Shown: piece after piece, positions 48,788 through 61,414 of the stretch
Layout of the letters: every line of letters begins with the position of its first letter
Numbering within the stretch: position 1 is the first letter of the stretch
Origin: Octopus sinensis
Lineage: Eukaryota
Length of the DNA stretch: 64,000 nucleotides
Direction: 5' to 3'
Assembly (NCBI RefSeq): GCF_006345805.1
Contig: NC_042999.1
Coordinates: 163,494,001 to 163,558,000 of the forward strand
Made by a program: the position numbers and the translations under genes
The notes under the pieces: generated by a model
What the model saw: only the letters and a program-made list of their open reading frames with translations
Database searches by the model: none
What the model was told of the DNA's origin: nothing

Positions 48788-50041
48788 AATTTGTTATGCA
48801 AATACCATTGATATAAAGCGCATGCGCTTTTGACAGGAAGAGGAAGAGAGAGAATGACCATTCGGAATAGCATTCAAGACTATGACTAAAAATTAATTTC
48901 TTTGAACCAGGATTTACTGGTTATACATTACAATACTATAACTTCAAAATAAAAGGTTTCATTTTGTTGTTTATACTTAATCTATAAACATGTTACATTT
49001 TTTTGTTGTTGGCCATTCAATTTGGTTGAATTAACAAATTCCCTTCTTTCTCAGGATACCTTCTGTCTCTTTTGACCGACTTAATTCATTAGCAAATTGC
49101 AAGGGCTCTTTGGCTATTTAACTCTATTTTTGCAACATTGTGTATGCAAAAAACATTTGACTCTTCTGGAGAGCTGTTTTCTGCTTTTCTTCTAGAATTA
49201 AATGCTGTGCACAGAGACAGCAATATTCCTAGTGTGTAATATGGAATTCCCTGACTTATATGTGTTCTCAATTTTTTTAAAGCAATTCTCTGTTGTGTCT
49301 GTTATCAGTATATTTCATATGAACAAGTGTGATGTGTCCCTCTTTGGAGAGCATTTTCATGATATTTGAATATGGTATTGGATACAGCTGTATCATTTCT
49401 TTTCCTGAAAATATGTTTAGCAGTTATGAGACTGTTGTCTCATAACTCTCAATAAACTGGATGGAATTGGTGATTACAGTAGTTGTCATGGTTGAAGATT
49501 ATGTGAAACGAATCATTGCTTTCTTTCTGCTTTATGTTGGATTTATCAAAAATGGTAAAATTGCATATTTTTTATTTGCATTTCTCTTCTGATTTCACAA
49601 TTTTTCATAAAGTACTGTGTAAATTTGATCAAGGAAATGATTCAATTATCACACTAAATATGCTTATATATGATAAAATGCTTTGGTGTTTGATTAAATA
49701 TGTGTCTCTATAAATCTCAAAGACCATAAGCTGGTGCTTAACCCTGCAAACATTATCATTAGCTGTTTTACTTCCTGTTTAGAGAAGATATCAGTCTGCC
49801 TTGGGTAACATTTTAAAAAGGTCCAAACAGCTAGGTCATGTGAAACATTGAATTAAGTGTCTTGGCCAGGCACAACAAAACTGGTACTGAGTTTGAAGTC
49901 CAAATTTTATCCACTTGGCCATGTTGCTTCTATGAATATAATAAAAGGGGATTTGGGGGTGGAGATGGGGTGTTGGTTTTATAAAAATTCATACTTTAAC
50001 TATTTTATTGTTTGCTAAACTTTGTCTATTAATTATTGTAG

Positions 50042-50190
50042 GTAGAATAAAGAGTAAGAAGTCTTTAAATGTCAGGACTTTTGGAAATGTTGAAAGAAAA
50101 AGGGCACTTTTATGTGAATTATTGATGTCTGATCTTTGAAAATGTCAACTGACCTGACAGTAAACTAATCCTTGAAATTTGATGGAAATG
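50042..50190 (+). other. Possible staufen 5'UTR exon
   Basis: AG acceptor at 50040-50041 after a T-rich tract and a strong ATG|GTAAGT donor at 50191, in unique sequence. No coding similarity. Confidence 0.35.
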
Positions 50191-51399
50191 GTAAGTTTTG
50201 TTTTATATACATGTGCAAAATAGTCAGTTTTTAACCATCAATTTTAAAGCAGCTCAGAATAAATTTTACTAATTGAAACCATTAGAATCTTCACATAAGT
50301 CTATTCTAGTGGCACAGAATTTTGAAGTCCTGGAACTAGTAATTTCTTTGGAGGTGTTTTGAGCAGACTTTCTTTTGCAGGAAATTATCAAGTTGCTGGA
50401 AAAATTGGTAGTCGTCGGTTGGTGAGCAGCCTGAAGAGTAAACTGGATGAAGTACTTTCATAGTGCTGTTTGTTAATTTCTGTCATAGCTATAGAGAAAT
50501 ATCAGTCCTTTTCAATGACCAGTACTTCTCTGCTGTGATGATTTCACTGGATGCAAGAAGTAGTGGATGATTTTTCTTGCTGAACACCAAGTGGTTATCA
50601 TAATCTCTTTCATTTGGGGAAGTGTGCTCGTGTTTCACCTCTGTTTGTCTACTGTTGATAGCTAAAGTGAATCCACTTTTGTGAAACATCACAATGCAAT
50701 CAAAAGAAACTCAGAGCTGACTTTGTAATTGTAACTTTTATCAATCAGCTGTTTAATTTTACAGTGTGGTGCAAATGTTGAACAACTGTTGAAAAGTAAA
50801 TATTTCGACCGTCTACAAAATTGTGTCATTTTGTGTGTACTTAGTAATCACCCTGAGTGGTCCTAGTCAATCACAGAAGGTCTTTTGCAACCTTTTTCAT
50901 CTGCAAGTCTCTTGTCTCTCTTAAATTTTGGAACTTATATTAAGCAGTGCATTTATTGATATTCCCTTTGCCAAGTGCTTGGTTGATATTACAAGCAGTT
51001 TCTGCTTTACATTTGGAACTCAATAAAATGTCTTGAAATTGCATTTTTTTTTTTAGGACAGTATAAAATAGGTCATCAAGCATGAAATTTGTAGAGAAGA
51101 AAAAAGGTTGCTAATATTTTATAAATACAAGGAATAGTTTTATTCATCAAAGTATGCATCCATATTGTCAATATACTTTTGCCATTTCTTTAATAATGCA
51201 CAGAGTATTCCTTTCAGTATCAGCCAAATTTCCCTTAAAGCACATCTAAAGAGTGAAATGTACTGCCCTTCTGCATGACATATGTATACTTATGCATATG
51301 CACTATAGGAATATATGATACAATGATATCAAATCAATGTAAAATATGCTTAAAGATAGCACGTATGCACTAGTCTGTGTGTGTGTGTATGTAAGTTCA

Positions 51400-51600
51400 T
51401 TTCTGTGACTGGGTGGTGCATTGTGTTCTTGAGTAAAGCACTTCATTTCACATTGCTCTGGTTCCCCTTCGATCAGGGTAGATGGTTGGCCTGCTCACCT
51501 AGCCAGCAGGGTGGCATGATTTGAAGGCTAAAACAATGCGAAAGTGCTTTGTGACCAGCTATGTGTGACATCTGATAGCCTGGTCAGTCACATGATTGTG
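51400..51600 (+). mobile_element. SINE fragment: CORE-like centre plus C2 tail
   Basis: TTCTTGAGTAAAGCACTT centre followed by the C2 tail. Confidence 0.7.
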
Positions 51601-52094
51601 ATTAAGTAAATATTTTAATAATAATGTTTATACAATTATTAATTTTTTAATTATATTACTCAGATCCCCTTTAATTTATCAGAAAATCATTTTATTTATT
51701 TATAGTAGTTCTGTCATTATCATCTTCCATAGTTTTTTTTTTTTTTTTTTTTTTTTTGTTAATTATAACACAGTGTTCGTGTATCAAAGTCAAGAAAGTA
51801 TATTAAAATCAAGGCGTATTTAACAATTAACCATTTTCGCCTGATCAGGTATCAAATTCGCACTATCTTCAGTGAACTTTATGTGTTTTGCGACTTCTGA
51901 AACAAATTTATCATGATATTTTGTTGCTTATTGTTAAATAAAGTTCATCACATTTCTTCATCATTTATATCTTTATATACTCCTTATTCTTTTCTCATGT
52001 ATATTACTATATACTCTATATGGTTTATGTTATGACAAACTAAGGAGCTTTTTTACGAATTCTACCAGATTACTTGAATCCATATACTATGACT

Positions 52095-53190
52095 TATATA
52101 TATTCATCATCATCAAGCATCCATTATTCATGCTGCCATGGGTTGAACAGTTTGATCAGGGCTGGCAAGCTGGAAGGCTGCACCAGACTCCAGTTTGATT
52201 TAGGATGGTTTCTATGGCTGGATGCCCTTCCTAATGACAACCACCCAGAGAGTGTAACGGGAGATTTTACGTACCACCGGCACAGGTGCCATTTGTGTGA
52301 CACCGGTATCTGCCATCAATGGGTCTTCTTCTCAAGCACACCATAAACATAAGCAAAATTATATTAAAAATGTGTTCCTTGTTACGACAAAAATGTTTCT
52401 TCTGGCATGAGGAGGCAATCAAAAAGTTGCTGTCTTTTGTAACAACCTACCTATACAAACATATTTTCCACTCTAATGAAAGCAGAATAATCGATTGGGC
52501 CCCGAAGACTGTATCCAAATTGCTCTGGCATGAAAATGTCCCAGTTTCGATGTGATTATAACAAAAATGAAACATCATTTCTCCGGAACCTGAAGGGAAA
52601 AAGTTTCTAGAAAAACCCTTTTGTTTCATAATAAGGATATTAATTTATCACATTTGTTTATATCTTTTATATTTAGGATTGTATTCTTCGTATAAATAGA
52701 TTCAGTAAACCTTTTGAATTCAAAGAATCTATGATTTTCTTTCAAATCAAGGGGGTAATGTCAGCATAAGTAGATATATTTTGGGGTAATTGGTTTAAAA
52801 AGTTCCCTGACCCCTGCTATAACCTTTCATCATCTGACACAAGATCTCCTCCAATGCCTTCTCCCCTTTCAAAGTATCTTTGTCTTGCAAGTTACTTGGT
52901 GATCCTGCCAGTGCTGATGCCTTGTAAAAAGCATCCAGCTCACACTGTAAATTGGTTGGCATTTGGAAGGGCATCGAGCTATAAAAACTCTGCCAAAACT
53001 GACCTCACCTCTGTTTATGCCAAGTAAAAAGTACTCAGTCCATTGTGCTGGTTGGTTGGTTGGCTGGTGTTAGGAAGGGCATCCAACTGAAAAAACCCTG
53101 CCAAAACAGACACTGAAGTCTGGTCAGCTCCTGTCAAACTGTTCAGCCCATACCAGCATGGCAGGCAGACATTAAGTGATGATGATGATG
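52095..53190. mobile_element. Degenerate RTE 3'UTR copies (52095-52320 minus, 52880-53000 plus, 53060-53190 minus)
   Basis: GGAAGGGCATC cores and (GAT)n tails. Confidence 0.7.
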
Positions 53191-53630
53191 GTGTAAAAAT
53201 CAATGGAACAAAGTTATCATTGCGGATGGGACTTGCATATGATGGCAGACTATTGCAGGAACTTGGCTTGTGGTTTTAGAAACAATGATGTAATTTGTCT
53301 GTATAAATTTTAAGATTTTTACTAGTTTTTCAGTAGAATTTTAAGAAAAAAACATTCTGGTTCTAAAGAAAAACAAATTTGTATGTATGTTTGTATATTA
53401 TGCCTTGTACCTCATAAACTGATTTATTGATGAAGCAATGAAATTCTATGGATTCTCTATTTTAAAATCTTGATATGATGGTAATAAATGGCTTCCATTT
53501 TCAAACTGTATGTCAAAAAAAGCCTAGTTCAGCTCCAAATTTTTTGACAACAGAGGAAAAAATTCTTTTGTTGACCTGTAATATTTATTGAACTTGGTTT
53601 CTTTTTTCAGATTGTCTATAATATGTTGTC

Positions 53631-53709
53631 ATGTCTCAAATACTGAAAAATAATCCTAAAATGAAGTTACCAACCACAAACCAAGGAACTATGCCTGTTC
53701 CACCTTCAG
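53631..53709 (+). CDS. stau: Staufen, first coding exon (MSQILKNNPKMKLPTTNQGTMPVPPS)
   Basis: Acceptor TTTTTTCAG ends at 53610 and donor GTAAGA starts at 53710. An in-frame TAA lies upstream of the ATG at 53631. The phase-1 end joins 59484 in frame (TCA G|TG ATA = S-V-I). Confidence 0.7.
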
Positions 53710-54244
53710 GTAAGATAATAATATTGTTTTTCATTGGTTCACTATAATTATACATTTTTCCTGTACTATAAAGTTAATTATTTGAGGAATATCTATTACT
53801 AATACTTATATATGTATGAATTAGCTATGCAATATTTGGAGTATTGCTAGTTTAAGTGAATACATTTAAGTATAGCATAATAATCCCTCAAAATGAATAC
53901 TGTTGGAAAAATGGAGAAAATACGGATTGATTCATTACTAAAAGATTTCTATTACATCAAAGAAAATGAATAAATAATCTAACATTTTAATATCCGTAAG
54001 TTGATGAACAAACCAAATTTGTTTCTCCATTTTCTTATTTGTATTATAAATTTACGGTAAAAATATTTCTTTACTTTCACCCATTTAATACAATAAATGA
54101 CTTAATTGCATTGCAATTAAAAACATTTATGTATTGAGAATTTGGGTACTTTACCAACAGTATATTGGATAACTGATATCCCATAGTGGGTTACACCCAT
54201 AACCCCTGTTTTACTTTGTACTATATATATATATATATATATAT

Positions 54245-54600
54245 TTTGCTTATTTCAGTCTTTAGACTGCAACCATGCTGGTGCCCCACCTTGAATTTTT
54301 ATTTGTTTTTTTTTTAGTCAAATAAATCAACCCCAGTACTTATTATTTTTGTTTTAAGCCTGGTACTTATTCTATTGGTTTCTTTTGCCAAACTACTACG
54401 TTACAGGGACTTAAACACATCAACATAGGTTGTCAAGTGTTGGTAAGGAACAAACACAAATACAGACACACACATACAACAGGCTTTTTCAGTTTCCATC
54501 TGGCAAATCCACTCACAAGGCTTTGGTTGGCCCAAGGCTACAGTGTAGAAGATGCATGCCCAAGGTGCCACGCAGTGGGACTGAACCTAGAGCCATGTGG
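54245..54600 (-). mobile_element. SINE family A, 5'-truncated
   Basis: Collinear with 10335-10744. Confidence 0.8.
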
Positions 54601-54602
54601 TC

Positions 54603-55020
54603 GCAGAAATTGTCTGACAGCCATGACTTGGTTCTCCTACTTGTGCGGCATGGTGCAGAGTCCTGTTGCCAGCCATAGGGTCTTCCAGCAGCCACCCTCT
54701 TGACCTAGGGCAAGTGCTATTTCCTCCAGACACTTGATGTAGGCCTCTGTGTAAAGTCTCAAGCTGTGTGAGAAGATGAATGGTAGCATAACATCGCCAT
54801 CACTGGTGATCACTCCAAACACCATGATGTTAACTCGATGTTTAATTTTTATTACTCTCAGTACATGTACTCAGATTGACATGCAAACACTCTGAAATGT
54901 TTGTATTGGAGTTTCTGTTGTGAATGCCAAGCAGTACAACATGTGGTTTCCAAATTTCTGGCAGACTGAATTGTGTCATAGTGCTGTTTTTTTCACAGGC
55001 AGTACCCAACTGACCCTACT
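54603..55020 (-). mobile_element. mariner/maT-type transposase fragment
   Basis: MVFGVITSDG..PFIF and WQQDSAPC motifs. Confidence 0.75.
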
Positions 55021-55159
55021 ATACTGTGTAGTCAGCAAAGTCAAAAACAAGCAATGTACATGTCCGAAATTAAAACTATAAAATGGTGACAACATACCTA
55101 TCACACCCACTATATGTACATATATAATAGCTATATAAATACATGTATATATGTGAGGA

Positions 55160-55410
55160 TGCATAGCTTAGGATGTAGCACTCGCAATTACGAGATCATG
55201 ATTTCTTTTCCTAGACTGGGTGGTGTGTTGTGTTCTTGAGCAAAACACTTCATCTCACGTTGCTCTGCGATCACTGAGAGTCCTGATGTGTATCACACAG
55301 TGCATCTGTTCAGACAACATCAGTTTGATGGAGAGAGTGAGCTAATGTACAGCACATACATTTGTGCAGGTTGTTCAGCAAATGCTGAGCACTCAAATAT
55401 CATCTTTAGT
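55160..55410 (+). mobile_element. Degenerate tRNA-headed SINE with yet another tail
   Basis: Shares TTCTTGAGCAAAACACTTCATCTCAC with 51425-51455. Confidence 0.55.
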
Positions 55411-55422
55411 GGGAGAGCCCTT

Positions 55423-55449
<27 letters not shown>

Positions 55450-55453
<4 letters not shown>

Positions 55454-56540
55454 CATAGATATGTGTATAAAAATATTTGAAAGTCTATGAGGATTACTTA
55501 ATACAGTTTTTGAAGTGTAAAGGTGATTTTTCTAAAAAAAATTTATTGTTAAAAAAAAATGTTATGAGAATGAGGATGTTACTAACCTTTTTTGTGAAGA
55601 AGGTTTTTTTCTAGTGTGTAAGCGCTTTCGTTAAACCTTTTCAAACACACATGCTCTTAATGAATATGTTGTTAGTTTTGTGGTAGTGATAGTATTATTT
55701 CCAGTTTATGTTCAGACTTTTGGTTTACGTCATAATTATTCTTTTACCATTGTTTATTATATAGAATGTTGGCTATTTTCAGTTCAATTTTGGATTTAGA
55801 AAAGTATTCTTTTTTTGCCTTTTGTAGCTGTACACTTTCATCTTTTATTTTGTAAAATGGGAACATTTAAAATTTTTCATTTGCGCAGATATCTAGGTGT
55901 TCACTGCATGAGACATTCCTAAGAGAAGAATCCCTAATTTGTTGTTTATGCACATTTACATGGCTGGTGAGTTTCCTTCCTGTCTCCCCAATGTAGTTTT
56001 CATTGCATTGTGGGCATGTGATGTAGTAGATGCGTTTTTTTTGTTTTGCAATTCATACTTGCATTCACTTTTAATTCCTTTCCATTCTTGAGTCTTTTGG
56101 CTGTCCCTTGCTTAATTAATTTACATGTCCCACAATGGGGCTCTCCACAGTTGGTCACTTGCATCGATTCTTTTTCAAATGTGAATCCCACCTTTGTTAG
56201 GAGTCTCTTGAGGTTTGGTGGTTGTTTTCAACTGTTGATAATTTGTGGTTTTTTTTATTATTCGTTGGAGATCTGGTGATATGGAATTGAGTAGTATCAT
56301 TTGGCTGAGTGCAGGTGTTGTGGTTTCTAGGATTGTGGGTGATTACAAATGGAATATTTGTATTTGTATTTTTATTTTCACACCTGGCCTGAGTGTTTCT
56401 CCATAAGGTAGAGATCGACATTTCCTTTGCTTTTGTTATGGCATGTTGGGATATTTTTGTTGTTGAAGGAATGTATTAAGTTCTGCCAGTCATTTCTCTC
56501 ATCTAGCATTATCTGTGACTATTGAGAGTATGCACCTTTT
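55450..56540 (-). mobile_element. Penelope-like relic (thumb, linker, GIY-YIG, 3' terminus)
   Basis: RCILSIVTD..ELNTFL..YP, PFVITHNPRN, CGEPHCGTC and ENYIGETGR motifs. Confidence 0.85.
55614..55650 (-). ncRNA. Degenerate hammerhead at the 3' end of a Penelope-like element
   Basis: GTGTGT-TTGAAAA-GGTTTAAC-GAAAGCGCT-T-ACACAC: 6-bp stem I and palindromic stem III, with two core substitutions. Confidence 0.5.
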
Positions 56541-56649
56541 AAAACTCCAATAAACAGAAACAGACACCTGGAGGAATATATAATATATTCCTGAAAAGGT
56601 CTGCTGACTCAAACATTCCAGCAAACCCTATAAAACAAAATATTACAGA

Positions 56650-57206
56650 CTAGCAGTATAGCCTGATGTTGCTCGGGTTTAAGTTCGGATTATTAAGCTA
56701 ATCAACCTCTTTATTTCAAACCAAACTAAATAACATTGATGTAAAATTTCCAGCAAGTAAAATAGAATGCCCAAAAGGGCCCCCGAATGTTCAGATCACA
56801 ACTAAGTATGTATATATATATGGGCAACACACACAAACATATACATACATACACCTATTGCATACATGTTTTTTGTATGCCCTTTCCCCCCCCCTCCCCC
56901 CGAGTAATACCATCAATTGAAGCAAATTTGGCACCTGGATGTAAGTTTTGTAAGAGGAATAGAGAGGCCTACCTTCTCCCACAGAGATGTAAGAGTCTGA
57001 TTTCTCCTTTCGAAAACTTGTTTACAAAATAATAGCTGATCATTTGCAAAGGAGCGTGTCTACAGTCAACACTTAGGATTTTTGCTCTGGTAACTTCTGC
57101 TCTCTCCCATGTTCATGCACGACCAGCTATATATCGCTATGAGAAGAGCAATGGATTCAGCTAATTTGGAAATTAGTTGTGGAGAAATAGAGAATATCGT
57201 TTATAT

Positions 57207-57251
<45 letters not shown>

Positions 57252-57587
57252 TAGAAGGTTTGGAGATGATGTACAGGTATTATATATTAGAAGAAATGAG
57301 GTACTCAGAAATCTGGATTGTTTTATATTTACAGATATTAATGTGTCACATGTTTTTATAAATCATATATTAGTGCTTGCGTCCACTCTAGTGGAGTCTT
57401 CAGATTGAATTTCTCCAGATTTGTCTCTTTTTATAGTATTATTGAATGTGTAGGTGTGGAGAGAGATATAAGATGCAGCTAGAGGGGTTGTGACGAATGT
57501 CTTCCTAAAATTTGAGTGACATGCGTGCTAATTTGTGGATGTGCATAAACTACATTCATGTACACACACACACATCCTGCCTTTTAT
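56650..57587 (-). mobile_element. Second, internally deleted H2 Helitron copy
   Basis: Collinear with 17492-17590, 18165-18690 and 19400-19520. Confidence 0.8.
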
Positions 57588-57619
57588 CCACTCATTTGGC
57601 TGAGTGCAGGTGTTGTGGT

Positions 57620-58350
57620 TACAGATGAGGAACAAAAAACATTACAATGTCTACAAGAAAACTCATCTATAATCATTAAAGAAGCTGACAATAGAGGAGC
57701 CATTGTAATAATGGACAAGGCCCATTACAGGGAAATGGTCTTAGAACAAGTCAATGACCAGCAATTCTACAGAAAGCTAGATAGCAATGCTGATAAATGA
57801 ACTATGAGCAAAATTGGAAATTCAAGGATGAGTTTATAAAGGACTTGTATTGCCTAACCAATTTTGAAGTGAAGACAAGTAATTTTTATGGACTCCCTAA
57901 AATCCATAAATCCAGACAGATCAACAACAGCTTGAAAGACCTCTATGCTCTATATATAAAGATTCTCAAACCAACTGATTTCAAATTGTGTCTGATGCAG
58001 GACCTGTATCCAGCACCTAAATATTAAGCAACTGGCTGGACATAATTTTAAAACCTTTATGTAGATTATTTCCCAGTTTCATCAGAGATGATACAATCTT
58101 CTTAAACTATATCCCAGAACAGGTAGATTAAGAGATAGTACTAGTTAGCTTTTGCTACACTAGTAACAGGATACCGAGAAGAAAAAAAATCTACACTCTA
58201 CTCAGAACTTCTTTTGACCACAACTTCCAAACCTACCTTATTGGAAACTGGAAAAGATTTTCAGATGACTGCTTTATATTTTGGAACCAAAATAAGGAGA
58301 ACCTTACAAAATTTCTTAAATTAATAAACAGCATTCATATATCAATCCAA
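57620..58350 (+). mobile_element. Penelope-like RT fragment
   Basis: IIIKEADNRGAIVIMDK, FYGLPKIHK and WKRFSDDCFIFW motifs. Confidence 0.85.
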
Positions 58351-58789
58351 TTCATTATGAAAATGAATGAATGTTTTCGAAAGGAGAGATCTGACTCTCA
58401 CATCTCTGCGGTCTGGGTTCAGTTTCACTGAATTTAGTAAAATAACTTAGTTATCATTAAGCTAGTGTTAGTAACATAAATTGTGACTAAGGTTTGGTGG
58501 AATTCAAAACTTATGAAAATGAGACATTTGTGTTACTTAGCCAGAGGCAGTTTCAGCTGGGTTGGTATCGAAAGGGCAAAACAACATGTAGGTCTTTTTA
58601 TCTTCGTTTGTGGTGCACTTGGTAAAATCATTTTTTATCTTTTGCAAAGTTGTGGAAAATATCTATCTTGTTAAGTGAATAAATATTGTGGTCTTTTTTA
58701 TTAATTGGTGTGAAGAGAAGTATAATGGTCACATCCTACTAGAGTTTCAAACAAGATTTCTAGAAGGATAGCTATGGTTATTATATATC

Positions 58790-58940
58790 AGTTTCAAATT
58801 CCACTGAGGTCGACTTCGCCTTTCATCCTATTGGGGTCGATAAATTAAAATAAATACCAGTTATGCACTTAGATCAATGTAATCAATTATACCCCCCACC
58901 ACCACCAAATTTCAGGCCTTGCGCTTATAGTAGAAAAGAT
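58790..58940 (+). mobile_element. SINE B-related fragment with a different tail
   Basis: Shares GTCGACTTCGCCTTTCATCCT..GGGGTCGATAAA, then diverges. Confidence 0.7.
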
Positions 58941-59483
58941 TATTTGTCAATTTGAAATGTTGCATACTGGTCATTGTAAGGAAAGTCATGGGTTAGTTGG
59001 AGTTGCAGTGAGATATAGATCTGGGAGGTAAAGTGTTTATAATACAGTGTCTGAGAAGTTAGCTACTGCAGGAATGACAAGAAGAGAAGAGGCAATTTAT
59101 TGGTGAACAGTAGCATAAGAAAGAAGTTGATCTGAATGAAAATCAGGCTTAACTTATGCAATATTGAACTTGCAGAATTATCATTGAGTAGGGAATAACT
59201 AAAAACATCCAACATAAAAGTAAGTATGAAACATTTAACATAAACTTTACCAGGTTTTGCTCACTGATCACTTTGGGTAGCACAAAAAATTCTTGTATTA
59301 AATTACATGAAAAGTTACGGTTTTTTTTTTCTTAGTTCCATCAGTTTTTAAAGAATATCTTGATATATGTAAACACCATTATTATTATGTGTTACTGAGT
59401 TAAAAATTATTAATGTTTAATCCACTGATATATTTTCATCATCCAGTTCTTATGATACTTTAACTTTTTGATTCTTTTGACAG

Positions 59484-59956
59484 TGATAAGCAAAAGTGGT
59501 ATTATGGGTCCTTTAATGATGTCACAATTACCAAGGAATATGGCTCAATCACAAATGATGTCATCTTCTAATTCATCTTCCAATAACCTGCTACAGAACT
59601 CACAGAGAATGGCAAGAAATGCTAACCACAACAACTCAATGAACAGTGGTCTGCTGCAAAATAATTCTGCTAATAGCACACCTAATAACACCAATAGCAA
59701 CAATGGTCCTACCATGGGGACACCATTGGCCAACCAGTCTCATTCAGCTCCCTCTGTAGTCTCAGTTGGCTGTAGCACTGTTGCTGGTGGCCACAATAAT
59801 GAAGCAGTTGTTGTTTCTGCTGGCAACTCAACAACTGCCCTACCTTCATCTTCTCAGTCCAGCTTATCACAACAACAGCAACCACCTCAAAATTTGGCAA
59901 ACACAAAAGAGAAAACCTCAATGTGTCTAATTAATGAGTTAGCTCGTTTCAACAAG
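59484..59956 (+). CDS. stau: Staufen exon: N/S/Q-rich N-terminal region and start of dsRBD1 (...KEKTSMCLINELARFNK)
   Basis: Acceptor TTTTGACAG ends at 59483, donor GTAAAT at 59957, 473 nt open. The end matches the Staufen dsRBD1 helix 1 motif KEKTPMCLVNELARFN. Confidence 0.95.
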
Positions 59957-60017
59957 GTAAATATTCACTCTTTTAAATTGCAAAATTAGATGATTTATTT
60001 ACAAGTATGTTATTTAA

Positions 60018-60238
60018 CCCTTTCGTTACTGTATTTATTTTGAGATGCTCTGTATTTCTTTCAAATAATTAAAATATAACAAAGAATTTAGTAAAATAAC
60101 TTAGCTATCGTTAAGCTTGTGTTAGGAACATAAATTGTGACTAAGGTTTGGTGGAAGATTTTAATTCAAAACTTATGAAAACAAGGCATTTGTACTACAG
60201 AGCCAGAGCCGGTTTCAGCCGGGTTGGTAACAAAAGGG
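60018..60238. mobile_element. piggyBac-type MITE
   Basis: TTAA|CCCTTTCGTTAC...GTAACAAAAGGG|TTAA. A partial copy lies at about 58430-58580. Confidence 0.85.
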
Positions 60239-60705
60239 TTAATCCATTTAAATGTGCTTTTCTTTTTTCATGGAATTTAAACCTCACAACAGCATTGTGT
60301 TCAGTCCTTGGGATTTCCATTTGCTTCTGCTCTCCTGACTAATTTCATGTATTATGGTTCCATAAAAGATAATTGAGCTATGAAAATAATTGCTCAAGTA
60401 TAGACTCTGACCTCCACTGGTCTGGAAAGATATAGAGGTGTAAAACATTTTCTTTGTCTTTAAAAAATATTATTATTGTTGTCATAACTATCTTAGCAGT
60501 TGATGATATGTTGTTGGTTATAAATGAATGCTGTGATAGACATGAACATCCTAACTTGACCAGTTTCACATTGTACAACAATAAGCTCCCTATTATTTAA
60601 AAGATATGGTTTAATTTTGACCATAAGTTAGCATGCCTTCAGAAAGGCATGCTCATTATAACTTTCCCCATATTGTCAATTCATTTTCCCCATTTTGTTA
60701 TGGTT

Positions 60706-61108
60706 TACTCTCTCTTTTTACTCTTTTACTTGTTTCAGTCATTTCACTGCGGCCATGCTGGAGCACCGCCTTTAGTCGAGCAACTCGACCCCGAGACTTA
60801 TTCTTTGTAAGCCCAGTACTTATTCTATCGGTCTCTTTTTGCCGAACCAGTAAGTGACGGGGACGTAAACACACCAGCATCGGTTGTCAAGCAATGCTAG
60901 GGGGACAAACACACACACACACATATATATATATACACATATATACGACAGGCTTCTTTCAGTTTCCGTCTACCAAATCCACTCACAAGGCATTGGTTGG
61001 CCCGAGGCTATAGCAGAAGACACTTGCCCAAGGTGCCACACAGTGGGACTGAACCCGGAACCATGTGGTTGGTTAGCAAGCTACTTACCACATAGCCACT
61101 CCTGCGCC
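60706..61108 (-). mobile_element. SINE family A, full length
   Basis: Collinear with 10335-10744. Confidence 0.9.
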
Positions 61109-61414
61109 ATATTTAATTCAAAACAACAATAGGAAGAAACTGTAATGTACTGGACTATATTGCATTAATTTCATCTTTCTGTGATCTGAGTTTAAATCCT
61201 GTTAGAGTCAACTTTGCTTTTTATAAACTTTAATAAAATAAGTACCAAGTGCCTGATTATGTACCTATGTTATAAAAAATCATTATTAATGCTCGTGTAG
61301 TAATAGATGAGTGATGCAAAGTCTTAGAGGTAAGCTCTTGCTGTATCAAATTCATATGTTGAATCTGATTCCTAGTTGAAGCCATTTTGTTGGAATAAAA
61401 TATTAAACAATATA

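Noticed and set aside
50382-50421. Additional small staufen UTR exons (also near 50765 and 51057)
   Set aside because: The splice signals are plausible but expected by chance in 24 kb of AT-rich intron.
56550-56610. Sense-strand hammerhead near GGAATATATAATATATTCC
   Set aside because: Only a stem II-like hairpin is intact; both core segments are broken.
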